Source: Alkalispirochaeta sp. (GTDB lineage: Bacteria > Spirochaetota > Spirochaetia > DSM-27196 > Alkalispirochaetaceae). From it: a stretch of 64,000 nucleotides of DNA. Below, piece after piece: positions 19,125 through 29,652 of this stretch; positions within the stretch are counted from its first letter, which is position 1, and each line of letters opens with the position of its first letter. The position numbers and the translations under genes were made by a program. The DNA is taken from NCBI GenBank assembly GCA_965242725.1, contig CBDESZ010000006.1:32001-96000 (forward strand), in the 5' to 3' direction. Below the pieces are notes generated by a model. It saw only the letters and a list, made by a program, of their open reading frames with translations. It did not search any database and was not told the origin of the DNA.

Positions 19125-20774
19125 TTAGCCGCGGTCTCTTCTGATTGCGAGCCATATGACCCTCAGAATTGCACCTGCAGCGGCAAGAATGCCGAGCCAG
19201 TCGCCCAGTGCACGGTAGAGCGTCCACATTTCCGGGTAGAGCGGAACCGTCACGCTCCGGGCAGTTGCCGAGAACATCGGCAGACTCTGCGTGGCCACTC
19301 CACGGGCGTCAACCACCGTGGAAAGACCGCTGTTGGTGCTGCGAACCAGGGTGGTGCGCAGCTCAATGGTCCGCAAACGGGCGGCCGCAAAATGTTGTGT
19401 CTGGGCTGATTCCTGCCTGCTCCAGGAGTCGTTGGTAAGGTTAATGAGCAGCCGGGCGCCGCTACGGGCCATTCGGCGGGGAACCCAGCCGAAGGCGTCT
19501 TCAAAACAGATGGGAGTTCCGATAGGTATTCGTCTTCCGTCGGCGAGCGGTAACGGTAGCGGATTGCTTTGAGCTCCCGGGACCCATGTTCCCTGCAGAC
19601 CGACGACTTCGCGGAAGAAACGGCGCACCCAGGTGAGGTGCCAGAGGGGGATTCGCTCGGCAAAGGGAACCAACTGCTGCTTCGCGTAGCTGCCGAGAAG
19701 TACTCCCTCGGGAGATATCACCAGCGCGCTGTTGGCCGCGTCCCTCCCGTCGGCGCCTGCGGGCATCGGCGCCCCGGTGATAAGCGGGACGTTCATGCGA
19801 TCGAGAAACGCGACAAACGGCATGACTGCCGGAGTTTGGGAGTAGTAGTTCGACGCGCCCGTATATGGACGCCGGAGTGCGGTCTCGCTCCAAACTACGG
19901 CGTCGACGGAATCCGCTGAATCCAGGTCGCGTAATCGGCTCAGGGTCAGCTCCTGCGCCTGCATCAGGGCGTCGGGGAAGCCGCCCGGGCGCCAACTGTC
20001 GATGTTTTGCTGTACGAGCAGCAGATCGAGGTTCTCCACCGGTTGCAGAGTTGAGACTCTCCACGTTCCGAAAGCGCCGGCTGAAACCACCAGCAGAACC
20101 GCCGCCAACAGGTGTCGGGGTGCCAAAAGAGTGGTGCGATGTGTCAGGCTCCGCCGGAAGCTGCCGGTGCCGGGCGTCGCCGACCGTGTTTCTCGGGTGT
20201 AGAATAGCTCGGCGACGGAACTATTGATGTAAGCAGCCAGAAAACTAAGCGCCCAGACCCCTCCCATCTCCGCTATCTGGGCAACGCTGTTCAAGGTGGC
20301 CAGAGGATACGCCACGAGGCCCCAGGGGTAGCCGAGGAATCCGACGGACTTCAGGTACTCATACCCTGTCCATGCCACGGCTATCCAGAGCGGACGCATC
20401 GCCGTGCCGCGGTGCGCCCGCTCTACCGTCAACGGCGCCAGCGTATCTACTGCGGAGCGCCCCCGGTGGGCAATGAAATGCAGGTAACCGAAGAGCAGAT
20501 AGTTGTAACCGGCGTAAGCGATCACCACACCCCCGATTGTCCATACTGAGAACTCTCCAAAGAAAGCAAGCCAGTAGTTACCGAGCAGCGTACTCACCGT
20601 TCCGAAGAGAAGACCGTACCGGGAGGCGCTCCTTCGCGACGCCGTTCGATAGACGACAAGCAACACCGGTACAAGGGCCAGGAGCCCCGGGAGAATCGCC
20701 CCCGTCGGAAAAAGCTCGTTCGGCAGGGACAAAGGAAGGAGCAGGGATGAGGCAAGCGTGAGTGTCAGGTTCAT
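19125..20774 (-). CDS. lnt: Apolipoprotein N-acyltransferase
   Basis: GFLGYPW, WSETA, KQQLVPFAE, PICFED, TNDSW and QH (E-K-C triad). Confidence 0.92.
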   Translation of the reverse strand: MNLTLTLASSLLLPLSLPNELFPTGAILPGLLALVPVLLVVYRTASRRSASRYGLLFGTVSTLLGNYWLAFFGEFSVWTIGGVVIAYAGYNYLLFGYLHFIAHRGRSAVDTLAPLTVERAHRGTAMRPLWIAVAWTGYEYLKSVGFLGYPWGLVAYPLATLNSVAQIAEMGGVWALSFLAAYINSSVAELFYTRETRSATPGTGSFRRSLTHRTTLLAPRHLLAAVLLVVSAGAFGTWRVSTLQPVENLDLLLVQQNIDSWRPGGFPDALMQAQELTLSRLRDLDSADSVDAVVWSETALRRPYTGASNYYSQTPAVMPFVAFLDRMNVPLITGAPMPAGADGRDAANSALVISPEGVLLGSYAKQQLVPFAERIPLWHLTWVRRFFREVVGLQGTWVPGAQSNPLPLPLADGRRIPIGTPICFEDAFGWVPRRMARSGARLLINLTNDSWSRQESAQTQHFAAARLRTIELRTTLVRSTNSGLSTVVDARGVATQSLPMFSATARSVTVPLYPEMWTLYRALGDWLGILAAAGAILRVIWLAIRRDRG

Positions 20775-20783
20775 CAAATACCT

Positions 20784-22850
20784 CTACCGTCTGCTCCGGC
20801 GAAGGATGATAATCCTGACTGCGACGAGCAGCAGCAGAGCGACACCGGCCAGACGCGGAAACCAGTCCCCATAACGAGTGTAAGGGGTGAGATTCCCTTG
20901 TCTGGAAACCGGCACATCGGTTATCAGATACTCTTCACTGTACTGCGGTCTCCGGGCCACAACGCGTCCGTACGGATCAACGTATGCAGTCACTCCCGAC
21001 GCCGAGGCGCGAAGGAGAGGGCGGCGGTTTTCCACCGAACGGAAGAGACTTGCGACGAAGTGCTGCTGCGCCTGCACTTCCGTGAGGGACCAGTAGTCGT
21101 TGGTTATGTTGAGGATGACCTCCGCTCCGTTCAGGACGAACCGGCGTACCTCATCCGGAAAGACGTCTTCGAAGCAGATAGGCGTCGAAAAGGTAAACAA
21201 CGGGTGTGCAAAGACGGTTCGCTCGTCTCCCGGTTCCCAGAAGGAAACATCGAACTCTTCGAGCGCCTTGTAGACAAAAGGCAGCTCTTCCTCGTACGGA
21301 AAGTACTCGGTAAATGGAACGAGCTTCATTTTGTGGTAGGTCGCCAGCCTCTCTCCTTCGTCGGAAAAGAGTACCGCCGCATTGTAGCTCAACCGTTCAA
21401 CTTCTCGCCCATCTTCATCCAATACGATTTGGTAGTCGTCGTTCCCCGTAAGGAGCCAGGTGCCGATACTTCCTTGGTAGTCGCGAAACTCCCGGACCAA
21501 CCGCGCCAGACGGTACCGCTCCGGATCTTCCCGGCCCCAACGGCGAATATTCGGAACGAATGCAGTTTCGGACCAGATAACGATGTCCGGATTCTCTTTC
21601 AGCGCCCTATCGGTCAGCTCCCGAAGGGTCTGAAAGGTGCGCTCGTACTCATGTTTTCGCGGATCGCTGTTCTGCTGAATCAGTGCAACCCGAGGTGTCT
21701 CATCAGCTTCAGGGTAGCGGTTTTCCAGCAGGAGTACCGACCAGCCGTACAGATGGGTTGCCGCAACAACAGCGGCCACGGCGATCAGAATGTGGCGAAT
21801 CGGTGCGGAAAGAACGACCCAACTGTATGATTTCGCCCCGCCGGTTGGCGTGCTCCAGACGCCGTTTCGACGGTCAAACACGCCCAGAAGCTCCGCCAAG
21901 CCGGCGGAGACAAGGACGACCACAAAGGATACACCCCAAACACCGGTGAACTCCGAGATCTGGATCAGCGGCAGATTGGCGTACTGGCTGTGCCCGACGA
22001 GCACCCATGGGTATCCAAGAAAGCCGGTGCTGCGAAAAAGCTCGAAGACCGTCCAGGCGGCGGCGGTAAGGAAGACTCGAGCTGCCGGTGAACTCCGGCG
22101 GAAAAGGAGTACCGCGCCCCCGAAAGGTACCATGAAAACGGTGTAGAAGCCGAAATAAATGAGCACGACCGCCATGAGTGAGACGAGACTGAAGGTTCCA
22201 AGCCAGTAGTTCGACAGCAGCGTTGCCAAAACGCCGTAGGTGATACCGTAAAAGAGAATCCGGCGGTATCCGCCTCTCCAGAGAACATAAATAAGGGGCG
22301 TGAGTGCGACCCAACCGAGGACGCCGATCCCCGAGAGACTTACGCCTGAAGGGAATGAAAGTGCCGTCAGCCCCACCGAAAGCAAGGTGAGCAGCAGTTC
22401 GTAGCGGCGCCGCCGCACGGCAAAAGAGAGGTGGAGCAGCAGAAGGACGGTGACCAACGGTAGATACCTGACCGCAACGATTCGTCGCTCCGTGGTTGTA
22501 TCAACGGCAAGTTGAAGATTTCCGCCGCTTTCCATGAACCGCTGCACGTAGTCCATGTTTGCGTTGGCGGCAAAGATGTAATTGAACAGGAAGAGCAGGA
22601 GCCCCAGCGCGAGGACCAGCTCCGTGGTAAAGGAGAGACGACCGACGCCGGCCGTGCCGTACGGAGGCGCGCCGAGGCCGAGTCGAGCTCCCAGGAGCAG
22701 CGTAGCGAAAATGAGCAGAAACAGGGGAAGAGATCTCAGATCAAAGACCGGCACGGCATACGGGCCGTAGAGTGCCATGCCTGTTTCCACCATCGCTATC
22801 AGCAGCAGGGAAAAGCCTGCTATCCGGCTTCTATTATGATGTAGTTTCAC
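20784..22850 (-). CDS. lnt: Apolipoprotein N-acyltransferase with N-terminal membrane extension
   Basis: WSETA, KMKLVPFTE, PICFED and TNDYW; GTG start after GGAGGG. Confidence 0.92.
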   Translation of the reverse strand: MKLHHNRSRIAGFSLLLIAMVETGMALYGPYAVPVFDLRSLPLFLLIFATLLLGARLGLGAPPYGTAGVGRLSFTTELVLALGLLLFLFNYIFAANANMDYVQRFMESGGNLQLAVDTTTERRIVAVRYLPLVTVLLLLHLSFAVRRRRYELLLTLLSVGLTALSFPSGVSLSGIGVLGWVALTPLIYVLWRGGYRRILFYGITYGVLATLLSNYWLGTFSLVSLMAVVLIYFGFYTVFMVPFGGAVLLFRRSSPAARVFLTAAAWTVFELFRSTGFLGYPWVLVGHSQYANLPLIQISEFTGVWGVSFVVVLVSAGLAELLGVFDRRNGVWSTPTGGAKSYSWVVLSAPIRHILIAVAAVVAATHLYGWSVLLLENRYPEADETPRVALIQQNSDPRKHEYERTFQTLRELTDRALKENPDIVIWSETAFVPNIRRWGREDPERYRLARLVREFRDYQGSIGTWLLTGNDDYQIVLDEDGREVERLSYNAAVLFSDEGERLATYHKMKLVPFTEYFPYEEELPFVYKALEEFDVSFWEPGDERTVFAHPLFTFSTPICFEDVFPDEVRRFVLNGAEVILNITNDYWSLTEVQAQQHFVASLFRSVENRRPLLRASASGVTAYVDPYGRVVARRPQYSEEYLITDVPVSRQGNLTPYTRYGDWFPRLAGVALLLLVAVRIIILRRSRR

Positions 22851-23053
22851 CCGTTTTCCCTCCAATGGTCGAAGCTCGCAGGGTACCACGTATACCTATC
22901 GGTGTAGAAGAGGGTTTTGAGTCATCCCCGATTCGTCGTGAATATCGTAATGTCCGCGTCGCATTGAGCACCGTAAGGAGGGACCCCTACATCCGCTATG
23001 ACCGCCTCCCACATCCCGCTTAATACAATTCCGTGACAAATCATATTTCATTA

Positions 23054-23082
23054 TTGTATACCCTCCCGGGGTAAAGTATTGT
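23054..23082 (+). promoter_or_regulatory. Promoter with CsoR-type box
   Basis: TTGTAT-17-TATTGT with ATACC-CTCCCGG-GGTAA in the spacer; lies between divergent lnt and YVTN genes. Confidence 0.7.
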
Positions 23083-23088
23083 TTCGCT

Positions 23089-24624
23089 ATGAACAATCAC
23101 AAACGATTTATCGGAGTCGGGAAACCGCTCCTTGTGTTATTAGTGCTGTCGCTGTCGGCGGTATCGAGTTTTGCTTCGGGAAGGGGAGAATCAAGAACCA
23201 CCGTAGCGGTTGCCTATCTTCCCAATGCCAAAGATGGGACAATCAGCTCCATCGATCTCGCGACGGGGAACGTAACGGGAACGGTCGAGGTCGGCACCAT
23301 CGCGGCCCACGGTATCGCTGCAACCCCGGACGGACGAATCGTGTACGCCGGTGACGCGGAGCGTAACGAGCTGGTGATCATCGACGGAGCGGCGATGGAA
23401 ATCGTGTACAGGGTTCCCGTCGACCACGAGGTGCATGGTATCGACATATCTCCGGATGGGCGGACCGTGTGGGTTGGTGGTTCGGCGGGAAATGACCCAC
23501 TCCGCGGAACGGTGACGGCCGTGGACACCGCAAGCGCGTCAATCATACGCGTTGTAAGTCCGGGTCTCGGCAGTGCCTCTCATTTCAGCTTGACTCCCGA
23601 TGGGTCTGAACTGTGGATAGCTTCCACTTCAACCAACCTGGTCTGGGTTGTCGAGGCCGAGACGGGGAGCCTTAGCGGCGTGATACCGGTATCTTCGGGA
23701 GCCGGCTCCGGCGTCGAAAGTCGAGGTGACGGTTGGGGCTCGTTTCTCGAAGAGCAGGGTTTGATCGGCCTCAACGAGGTTGCCGTTTCCCCCGACGGCA
23801 AGTGGGCGTGGGCAATAGGCCCCGCAAGCAGTCGGCTCTACAAGATTGATGTGTCCCGCAAGCGGGTCGAGAGTTCCGTTCCGGTTGGTAGTCGTGGCCA
23901 CGGCGTAACCGTCAGTCCCTCGGGGGACGAGGTGTGGATCGCCGACTGGAGCGGACAGGTGATTATAGTAGACGCCGGAAGCTCGGAAATTCTCGACACG
24001 ATACAACTTCCGAGTCGCGGTATTGAAGGCGAACGGGGTGCGAACCACATCGCCTTTGGCCCACGGGGCGAGAAAGTCTATGTCACTACCAACGACGGGG
24101 TCGCGATTATCTCGTCGGCGAACCGTTCGGTGCTGAATACCGTTGCTACCGGTGCGGAGCCCCACGAAATATCCCTTGAAGACTGGATCGCCGAGGATGC
24201 GTGGGTGGATAGCGAGGGTATCCTCAACAGTCTGCGATCCACCCGGGCGACGGCGGACCAAGCCGCTGGAACCGTCGACGAACAGGAGAGCCTCACCAGG
24301 GTTAACCAGGAGCGGGCGGTGACGATAGCGATCACCCCGATACCGACTGAAGGGGGCGCGACCGGAGCGGCTTTTTCAGTCTCCATGAATACCCACTCCG
24401 TCAATCTGGACTTCGATTTGGCGGAGCGCGCGGTTCTTCGTGACGCCGGCGGCAGGGAGTATCGCCCTTCCGGCTGGGAGGCACCCGCCGGAGGGCACCA
24501 TGTTAACGGCACCCTCCGATTTGACGATGTGGATGACGAGGCGCTCCGGGAGGGGACCTCTTACCAGATCGTGATTACCGGCGTGGCCGGTGCACCGGAG
24601 CGAGTCTTTCGGTGGGATGAATAG
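23089..24624 (+). CDS. Exported YVTN beta-propeller plus His-containing C-terminal domain
   Basis: Signal peptide, HG.A.SPDG blades, C-terminal MNTHSVNLD..GGHH. Confidence 0.82.
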   Translation: MNNHKRFIGVGKPLLVLLVLSLSAVSSFASGRGESRTTVAVAYLPNAKDGTISSIDLATGNVTGTVEVGTIAAHGIAATPDGRIVYAGDAERNELVIIDGAAMEIVYRVPVDHEVHGIDISPDGRTVWVGGSAGNDPLRGTVTAVDTASASIIRVVSPGLGSASHFSLTPDGSELWIASTSTNLVWVVEAETGSLSGVIPVSSGAGSGVESRGDGWGSFLEEQGLIGLNEVAVSPDGKWAWAIGPASSRLYKIDVSRKRVESSVPVGSRGHGVTVSPSGDEVWIADWSGQVIIVDAGSSEILDTIQLPSRGIEGERGANHIAFGPRGEKVYVTTNDGVAIISSANRSVLNTVATGAEPHEISLEDWIAEDAWVDSEGILNSLRSTRATADQAAGTVDEQESLTRVNQERAVTIAITPIPTEGGATGAAFSVSMNTHSVNLDFDLAERAVLRDAGGREYRPSGWEAPAGGHHVNGTLRFDDVDDEALREGTSYQIVITGVAGAPERVFRWDE

Positions 24625-24631
24625 CTCCCCA

Positions 24632-25885
24632 TTAAAAAGCGGTGGAAAGAGCCGCCGTTAGAGCGTGGTCGAATCTTCCCGAGAGTCCCGGGGGGTCGCC
24701 GACGGGAACATGGGCCGCTACTCTGAAGTCCGTGGCGGGACCGATGCCGAGTGTAACCGACGGCAGGAGGAGACCTGCTCCGTAGACGACGTCGACAAGG
24801 GCGGCGAGCTCGACGGAATTGTCCAGACCTGCCGTGTAGGTCAGCCGGGGCAAGAGGAGATGTGAGGAGTCGGGGGACCTCCCCGGCTCCTCACTGTACG
24901 GGTTCGCGAGCCCTCCGGAGCCGAGATAGAGGTACTGGAGTTGTGCGTAAAGTCCGCCGGGAAAGGTGTAGTCCACGCCCGTTATCGTCTCGAAGCGCGG
25001 CTCGTCCGAAGAGAAGACGGTTGTAACGGTGAGCGGATCGCGATCGGCAAACTCCTTCGACTCGGGGAGAACATATGCGGCTTCGCCCCAGGCGCCGAGG
25101 GAGAAGAGCTGACCGGCGGCGGCGAGCGCGAGACGGTGGGACCTGCGGTAGGAGCCGACAACCGTGGTCGATCCGGCGATGGGCACTCCCGTTCCGGCGT
25201 CCAACTGCGTCTTTGCCGCAAGAGCCGGCAGGTCTTCAAAGCCGTAGAAGTAGGTAGCCTTTAGATCCCACCCCGCCACATAGGTGCCGATTTTCCCGCC
25301 GGACGGAGGGTCTTCGATACCCTCCACGTCGGCGGCGCCGGTCAAGTCGGGCGCTATCGACGATACGTCGATCGGCAGGACATCCAACACAACAACGGCG
25401 GTCAGATCCACGACGGAGCCAAGGTAGTAGGTGGCGCTCACCGCGGGGACGGGCTCCCAATGTATCTCCTCATCGACCAGGCTTTCGGGCACTATCGGAT
25501 TCACCGGACTCGAGGGATTGAATCCATCGGCGGTACCCCAGTTGATAATCTGGTTTCCGACGAAGAGGTCTACCGACGGCGTGTAGAAGGACGTATACGC
25601 TTCACCGAGCGTAAGGGAGCCCCGGTCATCTACATAGTCGTAGGTACCGATGGTTTCCACCTTGAGATGGCCCCTGTCGGCGAGGTCGGTATCAATCGAT
25701 AACAGCACCTCAGTCTCAAGGACGGAGATAGTCTCCTCCTCGACGGAGTATCCGGACCTCTGGCTTAGCTCGCCGGTTATCGGTTGTTCCTGCGCATATC
25801 CCGCGGGCGGTAGCGACGCCGCGATGAGGATGAGGAGCGCCCGATAGTTGGAGCGAAGCGTACTTGTTTGGGACTTTGAACACAT
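24632..25885 (-). CDS. Putative outer-membrane beta-barrel (DUF1302-like)
   Basis: LGEAY, VGNQIINWGTADGFNP, terminal Phe; in operon with LolA-like and MMPL genes. Confidence 0.7.
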   Translation of the reverse strand: MCSKSQTSTLRSNYRALLILIAASLPPAGYAQEQPITGELSQRSGYSVEEETISVLETEVLLSIDTDLADRGHLKVETIGTYDYVDDRGSLTLGEAYTSFYTPSVDLFVGNQIINWGTADGFNPSSPVNPIVPESLVDEEIHWEPVPAVSATYYLGSVVDLTAVVVLDVLPIDVSSIAPDLTGAADVEGIEDPPSGGKIGTYVAGWDLKATYFYGFEDLPALAAKTQLDAGTGVPIAGSTTVVGSYRRSHRLALAAAGQLFSLGAWGEAAYVLPESKEFADRDPLTVTTVFSSDEPRFETITGVDYTFPGGLYAQLQYLYLGSGGLANPYSEEPGRSPDSSHLLLPRLTYTAGLDNSVELAALVDVVYGAGLLLPSVTLGIGPATDFRVAAHVPVGDPPGLSGRFDHALTAALSTAF

Positions 25886-25900
25886 TTGATCCGACCCTCC

Positions 25901-26644
25901 TTACCTGAACCGTCTCAAACTTCGAACGGAAAAGAGCGCACCGTCCAGGGACGCGTCGTGCTCTATGCTCTCTATTTCCATCACCGTGCGACGGCCGGAG
26001 CCCGGCAGTTCCACGACCGTTTTTGCTGCGTACCAGTATCCCTGGTGGCGACCGACATCCTCTACCGTGAGTCGCTTGACGACGGACCCGTCCTGAAGAA
26101 GTTCCGTTCGTACCGGCAAGTAGCTCTCGCCGTCGACGACCATCCTCGCGCCGTCGTAGGTGGAGTTTTCCTTCTTTGACCGAAGCTCCAGGGCATAGTC
26201 CGGACCCGTCCTGCTCCAGCTCACCACCTCATAGGTGTCGGAGTAGTCTATCTCCGCTATATCTTCGTACGTTAGGCCGGTTCCCATGAACTCCTCATTC
26301 TTCACGTGGGAGGCGATCCTCCGCTCTCGCCGAAAGGCCGGAAGGTAGAGGTAAATGAGGTCGTCGTCACGATCCTGGACGTCGATGAGAAGGGCGACTC
26401 CCCGGATGTCCGCCGGAGAGAGAAAGCGCATGAGAAATTGATCGCTTCCTCGCTGGTACATCCTGACGGAACGAGTCTCACTCGCGCCCCGGCCGTCGCT
26501 GATCGTCATCGAGAGGACCGCTTCCATGTCGGTGTCCGGATTGGCCGCCGCCTCGGCATTGGCGAGGATATCCTCGCCGGTCTGGGCGAAGGCACCTGTC
26601 CCGGCCAGCAGGAATAGTAGCGATGCCACAAGTAGCTTCTTCAT
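25901..26644 (-). CDS. Outer-membrane lipoprotein-sorting (LolA-like) protein
   Basis: RFLSPADIRGVALL, YLYLPAFRRERRI, FMGTGLTYED and FSVRSL. Confidence 0.85.
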   Translation of the reverse strand: MKKLLVASLLFLLAGTGAFAQTGEDILANAEAAANPDTDMEAVLSMTISDGRGASETRSVRMYQRGSDQFLMRFLSPADIRGVALLIDVQDRDDDLIYLYLPAFRRERRIASHVKNEEFMGTGLTYEDIAEIDYSDTYEVVSWSRTGPDYALELRSKKENSTYDGARMVVDGESYLPVRTELLQDGSVVKRLTVEDVGRHQGYWYAAKTVVELPGSGRRTVMEIESIEHDASLDGALFSVRSLRRFR

Positions 26645-29441
26645 ACTAATGCTCCTTTCTTTGATAGGTGTCCTAGTGAACGGCTGTCCCGCCCGCCACC
26701 AATGGCAAGAAGTAGGGCGGGCAGCAGAATAAGGGTGTAGGCAGCGCTCGCGAGGAGCGATAGTCCGAGAAGACCACCGAATATCCGTATATGCTGTCCT
26801 GCCGCGAAGTTGAGTATTTCGAATCCGATACCGACGGAAACCGCATTAATGACGATGGCGACGCCGGTGGTTCGGAGAGTAATTCGGAGTGCCTCCTCGC
26901 TCCCACCGGTTCGTGCCAATTCGCGACGGAACTTGGTTACCAGGTGGATGGCGTAGTCTATGCCCAGCCCGATGACCGCGCTTGCGATGAGGGCGGTAAA
27001 CGAGTCGAGACCGATACCTGCGAAACCGAGGATCGCAAAATTGGTGAGTACCGTAAGAAGCGTGGGTGCCAGGGCGACAAATCCGAGCTTAAGTGATTTG
27101 AATACCAGAACCAAGACCAGGAGAATGACTCCAAGGGTGATCGCGACGCTCTGGATCTGTGTCGGCAGAAGGCGATTCTCCATTTCGGTGAGTACCGGAA
27201 CCATGCCTGTCAATGCGGCCTCCAAGGGTACTTCGCGAATCAGTCCGGCTTTGAGAAGCGACTCGTTCTGCGTGAAGTCGTTTACGGAGATCGGGGCAAA
27301 CTCGCTGGTAGCTTCGTGAACGATACCTCCGACGCGTTTTTCAATAGAAGCTTGCGACGGCTTCTCCAGGACCGGCCGTTGAAGTTGCGACAGGAGCGCA
27401 TCATCTTTGGCTTGTCGGACGGCACGTTCCGCCTCAAAAAGGAGAGAATCGGCGAGCCACAGACGATCCATCTCCGTTGTTTCCGGAAGGAAAGGGGCCA
27501 ATTCGGCGGCGAGATCATCGGGATTCGGCGGTGACCCAGATGGGGCTTCAACGATCACCTCGGCCACCGCCGTCGCGATGAGTCGCGCCGTTTCCTCCCG
27601 TGAAATCGTTATTTCCGACCGATCACTCCTAAGATACGATGAGACGGCCGACTCGATGACCGGACGTTGCGTGTCTGGGCCCGATCGAACGACGGCCGTC
27701 TTGAGTCGCCGACCAAGCTCTAGTCGCTCATTTTCTTCGAGCCCGAGGTACCGGGAGAGGCGCTCGGCGGCAACGTTTGCCTGGAGCCGTGAAACGACGA
27801 GCCTGCCTTGCGGGTTCAGCAGCCTCTTGTCTATAACAAACAACCGTGACGGAAGCTCGCTTAGGTAACGCCCCATTGACACCGTGGAGGCGCTCATATC
27901 GGCGGTAGCCATTGACGTGACCCGACCCTGGATGAGCGCTTCCTGATCCCCGGGGCCGACGAACTGATCCATGCTCTCCTCGCCGTCGATTAACAGCCAT
28001 AGACCGGCTGCGTACCCGCAAACTCCTGGATATTCTGTATCGTTTGTAATAGTGCAGGGTCCTTGACATCTCCTTTAACGGAAACCTGCAGAGGCAGGGA
28101 GCCGCCGAATCGATCGCGAAGCATCATCTCCGCCGCATACGGTTTGCTGTTCTTGGCGAGGCAGAGACTCCAATCGACGTTGGCCGTTATAAGCGGTATG
28201 CCCGCTACCGCAATGGTCGTCAGAGCCCCGAAGGCAATGAGAATCTCTTTCTTCTTTTGGTGAATATAGCCCGAGAGGCGGTCCATCAGTCGCTCGGCGG
28301 GTGAGTCATCCCAGTTATCAACGCCGTTACCGGTTTTACGGCTGAGAAGCGCCGCCAGCGGGGGAAGGAAAAAGATGGTGACGACCAATGCCAGAAAGAT
28401 CGCAAGGGTAACGGCAAGTCCGAAGGTCTTGATGATCCTGAAGTCGGAAACAACGAGGGAAGCGAAGCCGACCATCGTGGTTACAGAGGTCAGGAGTATC
28501 GGAACGCCCAATTCCACGACGCTCTCTCTCATGGCTTCAGTTGGACGGCGCCCTCCCCGGCGTTCCTCGGAATACTTCTTCATAAGGTGAATGCCGTCGG
28601 CACTTCCCATCGCGATGAGAATAACCGGCATGATGGCGGTCAGGATGTCCAGGGGTACGTCGAGGAGTGAAAGAATACCCACCGCCCACACGGCACTTAC
28701 CGCGACGACCAGCAAAGGAAAGATCACGCCGCTGAGCGATCGAAAGGCGAAGTAGAGAACTACAATAAGGAAGAGAAGAATGAGGGGGACGAGGAGCGAC
28801 AAATTTGAAATAATACCTTGAGACATGGAATACATCACAAAGGGCATGCCGCCGAAGTAGAACCCCTCAGTACTACCATTTGCGGCCGTCGTTTGCGAGA
28901 TAACACGTTCCGCCAGTGCCATATGGTCGGCGGAAGGCTCAAAGGTAAGCAAAAGGAGCGCCGACTCGCCCGCGTCGTCCAGAAGGATACCCCGGTAGAG
29001 CTCCTTGGCGGTTACATAGCTCTGCAGGTCGTCGAGATCCGGGCGGCCCTCGGGAATCTCCGTTCCCACGAGATCCTCGATGCTGATACCGTAGGGAGTT
29101 TCCTTGACGTCGGCGGCGTTGGCGATGCTCAGGACGCTCGCCACCCCGTCAATATCGCCGTATCGTGCCGTGAGCTCCGAGAGAATCGTCAGGTTTTCGC
29201 GGCTAAAGAGAGGCCGCCCGTCGGAAGGATCAAAGATTACCATCGCCAGGTAATTCGATTCGAAAACCTCACCGGCCCGGTAAAACTCCTGAACAACCTC
29301 GCTATCGTCGGAGAGGTAGGTCACGAAATCCGTATTGATCTGGATCTTCCACGCTTTAAAACCGAGAAACCCGGTTAGTGCGGTTATCAACAAAACCACG
29401 GCGATTCGGTGTCGCAGAATCCAGGTAACCAGTGCGCGCAT
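26641..29441 (-). pseudogene. MMPL/RND-family transporter split by an internal deletion and frameshift near 28000
   Basis: Two ORFs with GSADGIH and GLGIDYAIH TM motifs; the downstream frame stays open upstream of its Met (LWLLIDGEESMDQF). Confidence 0.8.
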
Positions 29442-29459
29442 TCGACAACTCCTAATGGT

Positions 29460-29489
29460 ATCAATACCATACCAGGGTAGGGTATTGAT
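29460..29489. promoter_or_regulatory. CsoR-type operator upstream of the MMPL operon
   Basis: ATCAATACC-ATACCAGGGTAG-GGTATTGAT dyad. Confidence 0.75.
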
Positions 29490-29585
29490 AGTATACCACC
29501 AGCTTCACGAGCCGTCAACTTCACGACGCTCTATCTCTTTCCCTGCTTCTCTTGGATTTCGAGGTACAACTATGGGGAGGAGCGC

Positions 29586-29622
29586 AAAACAAAAAGAGGG
29601 CCGCTTCGCGCGGCGGCCCTCT
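29586..29622 (-). terminator. Rho-independent terminator
   Basis: AGAGGGCCGC/GCGGCCCTCT stem followed by a T-run on the minus strand. Confidence 0.8.
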
Positions 29623-29652
29623 ACCCTGATTACCTCAATCGGATAAGTCTAT

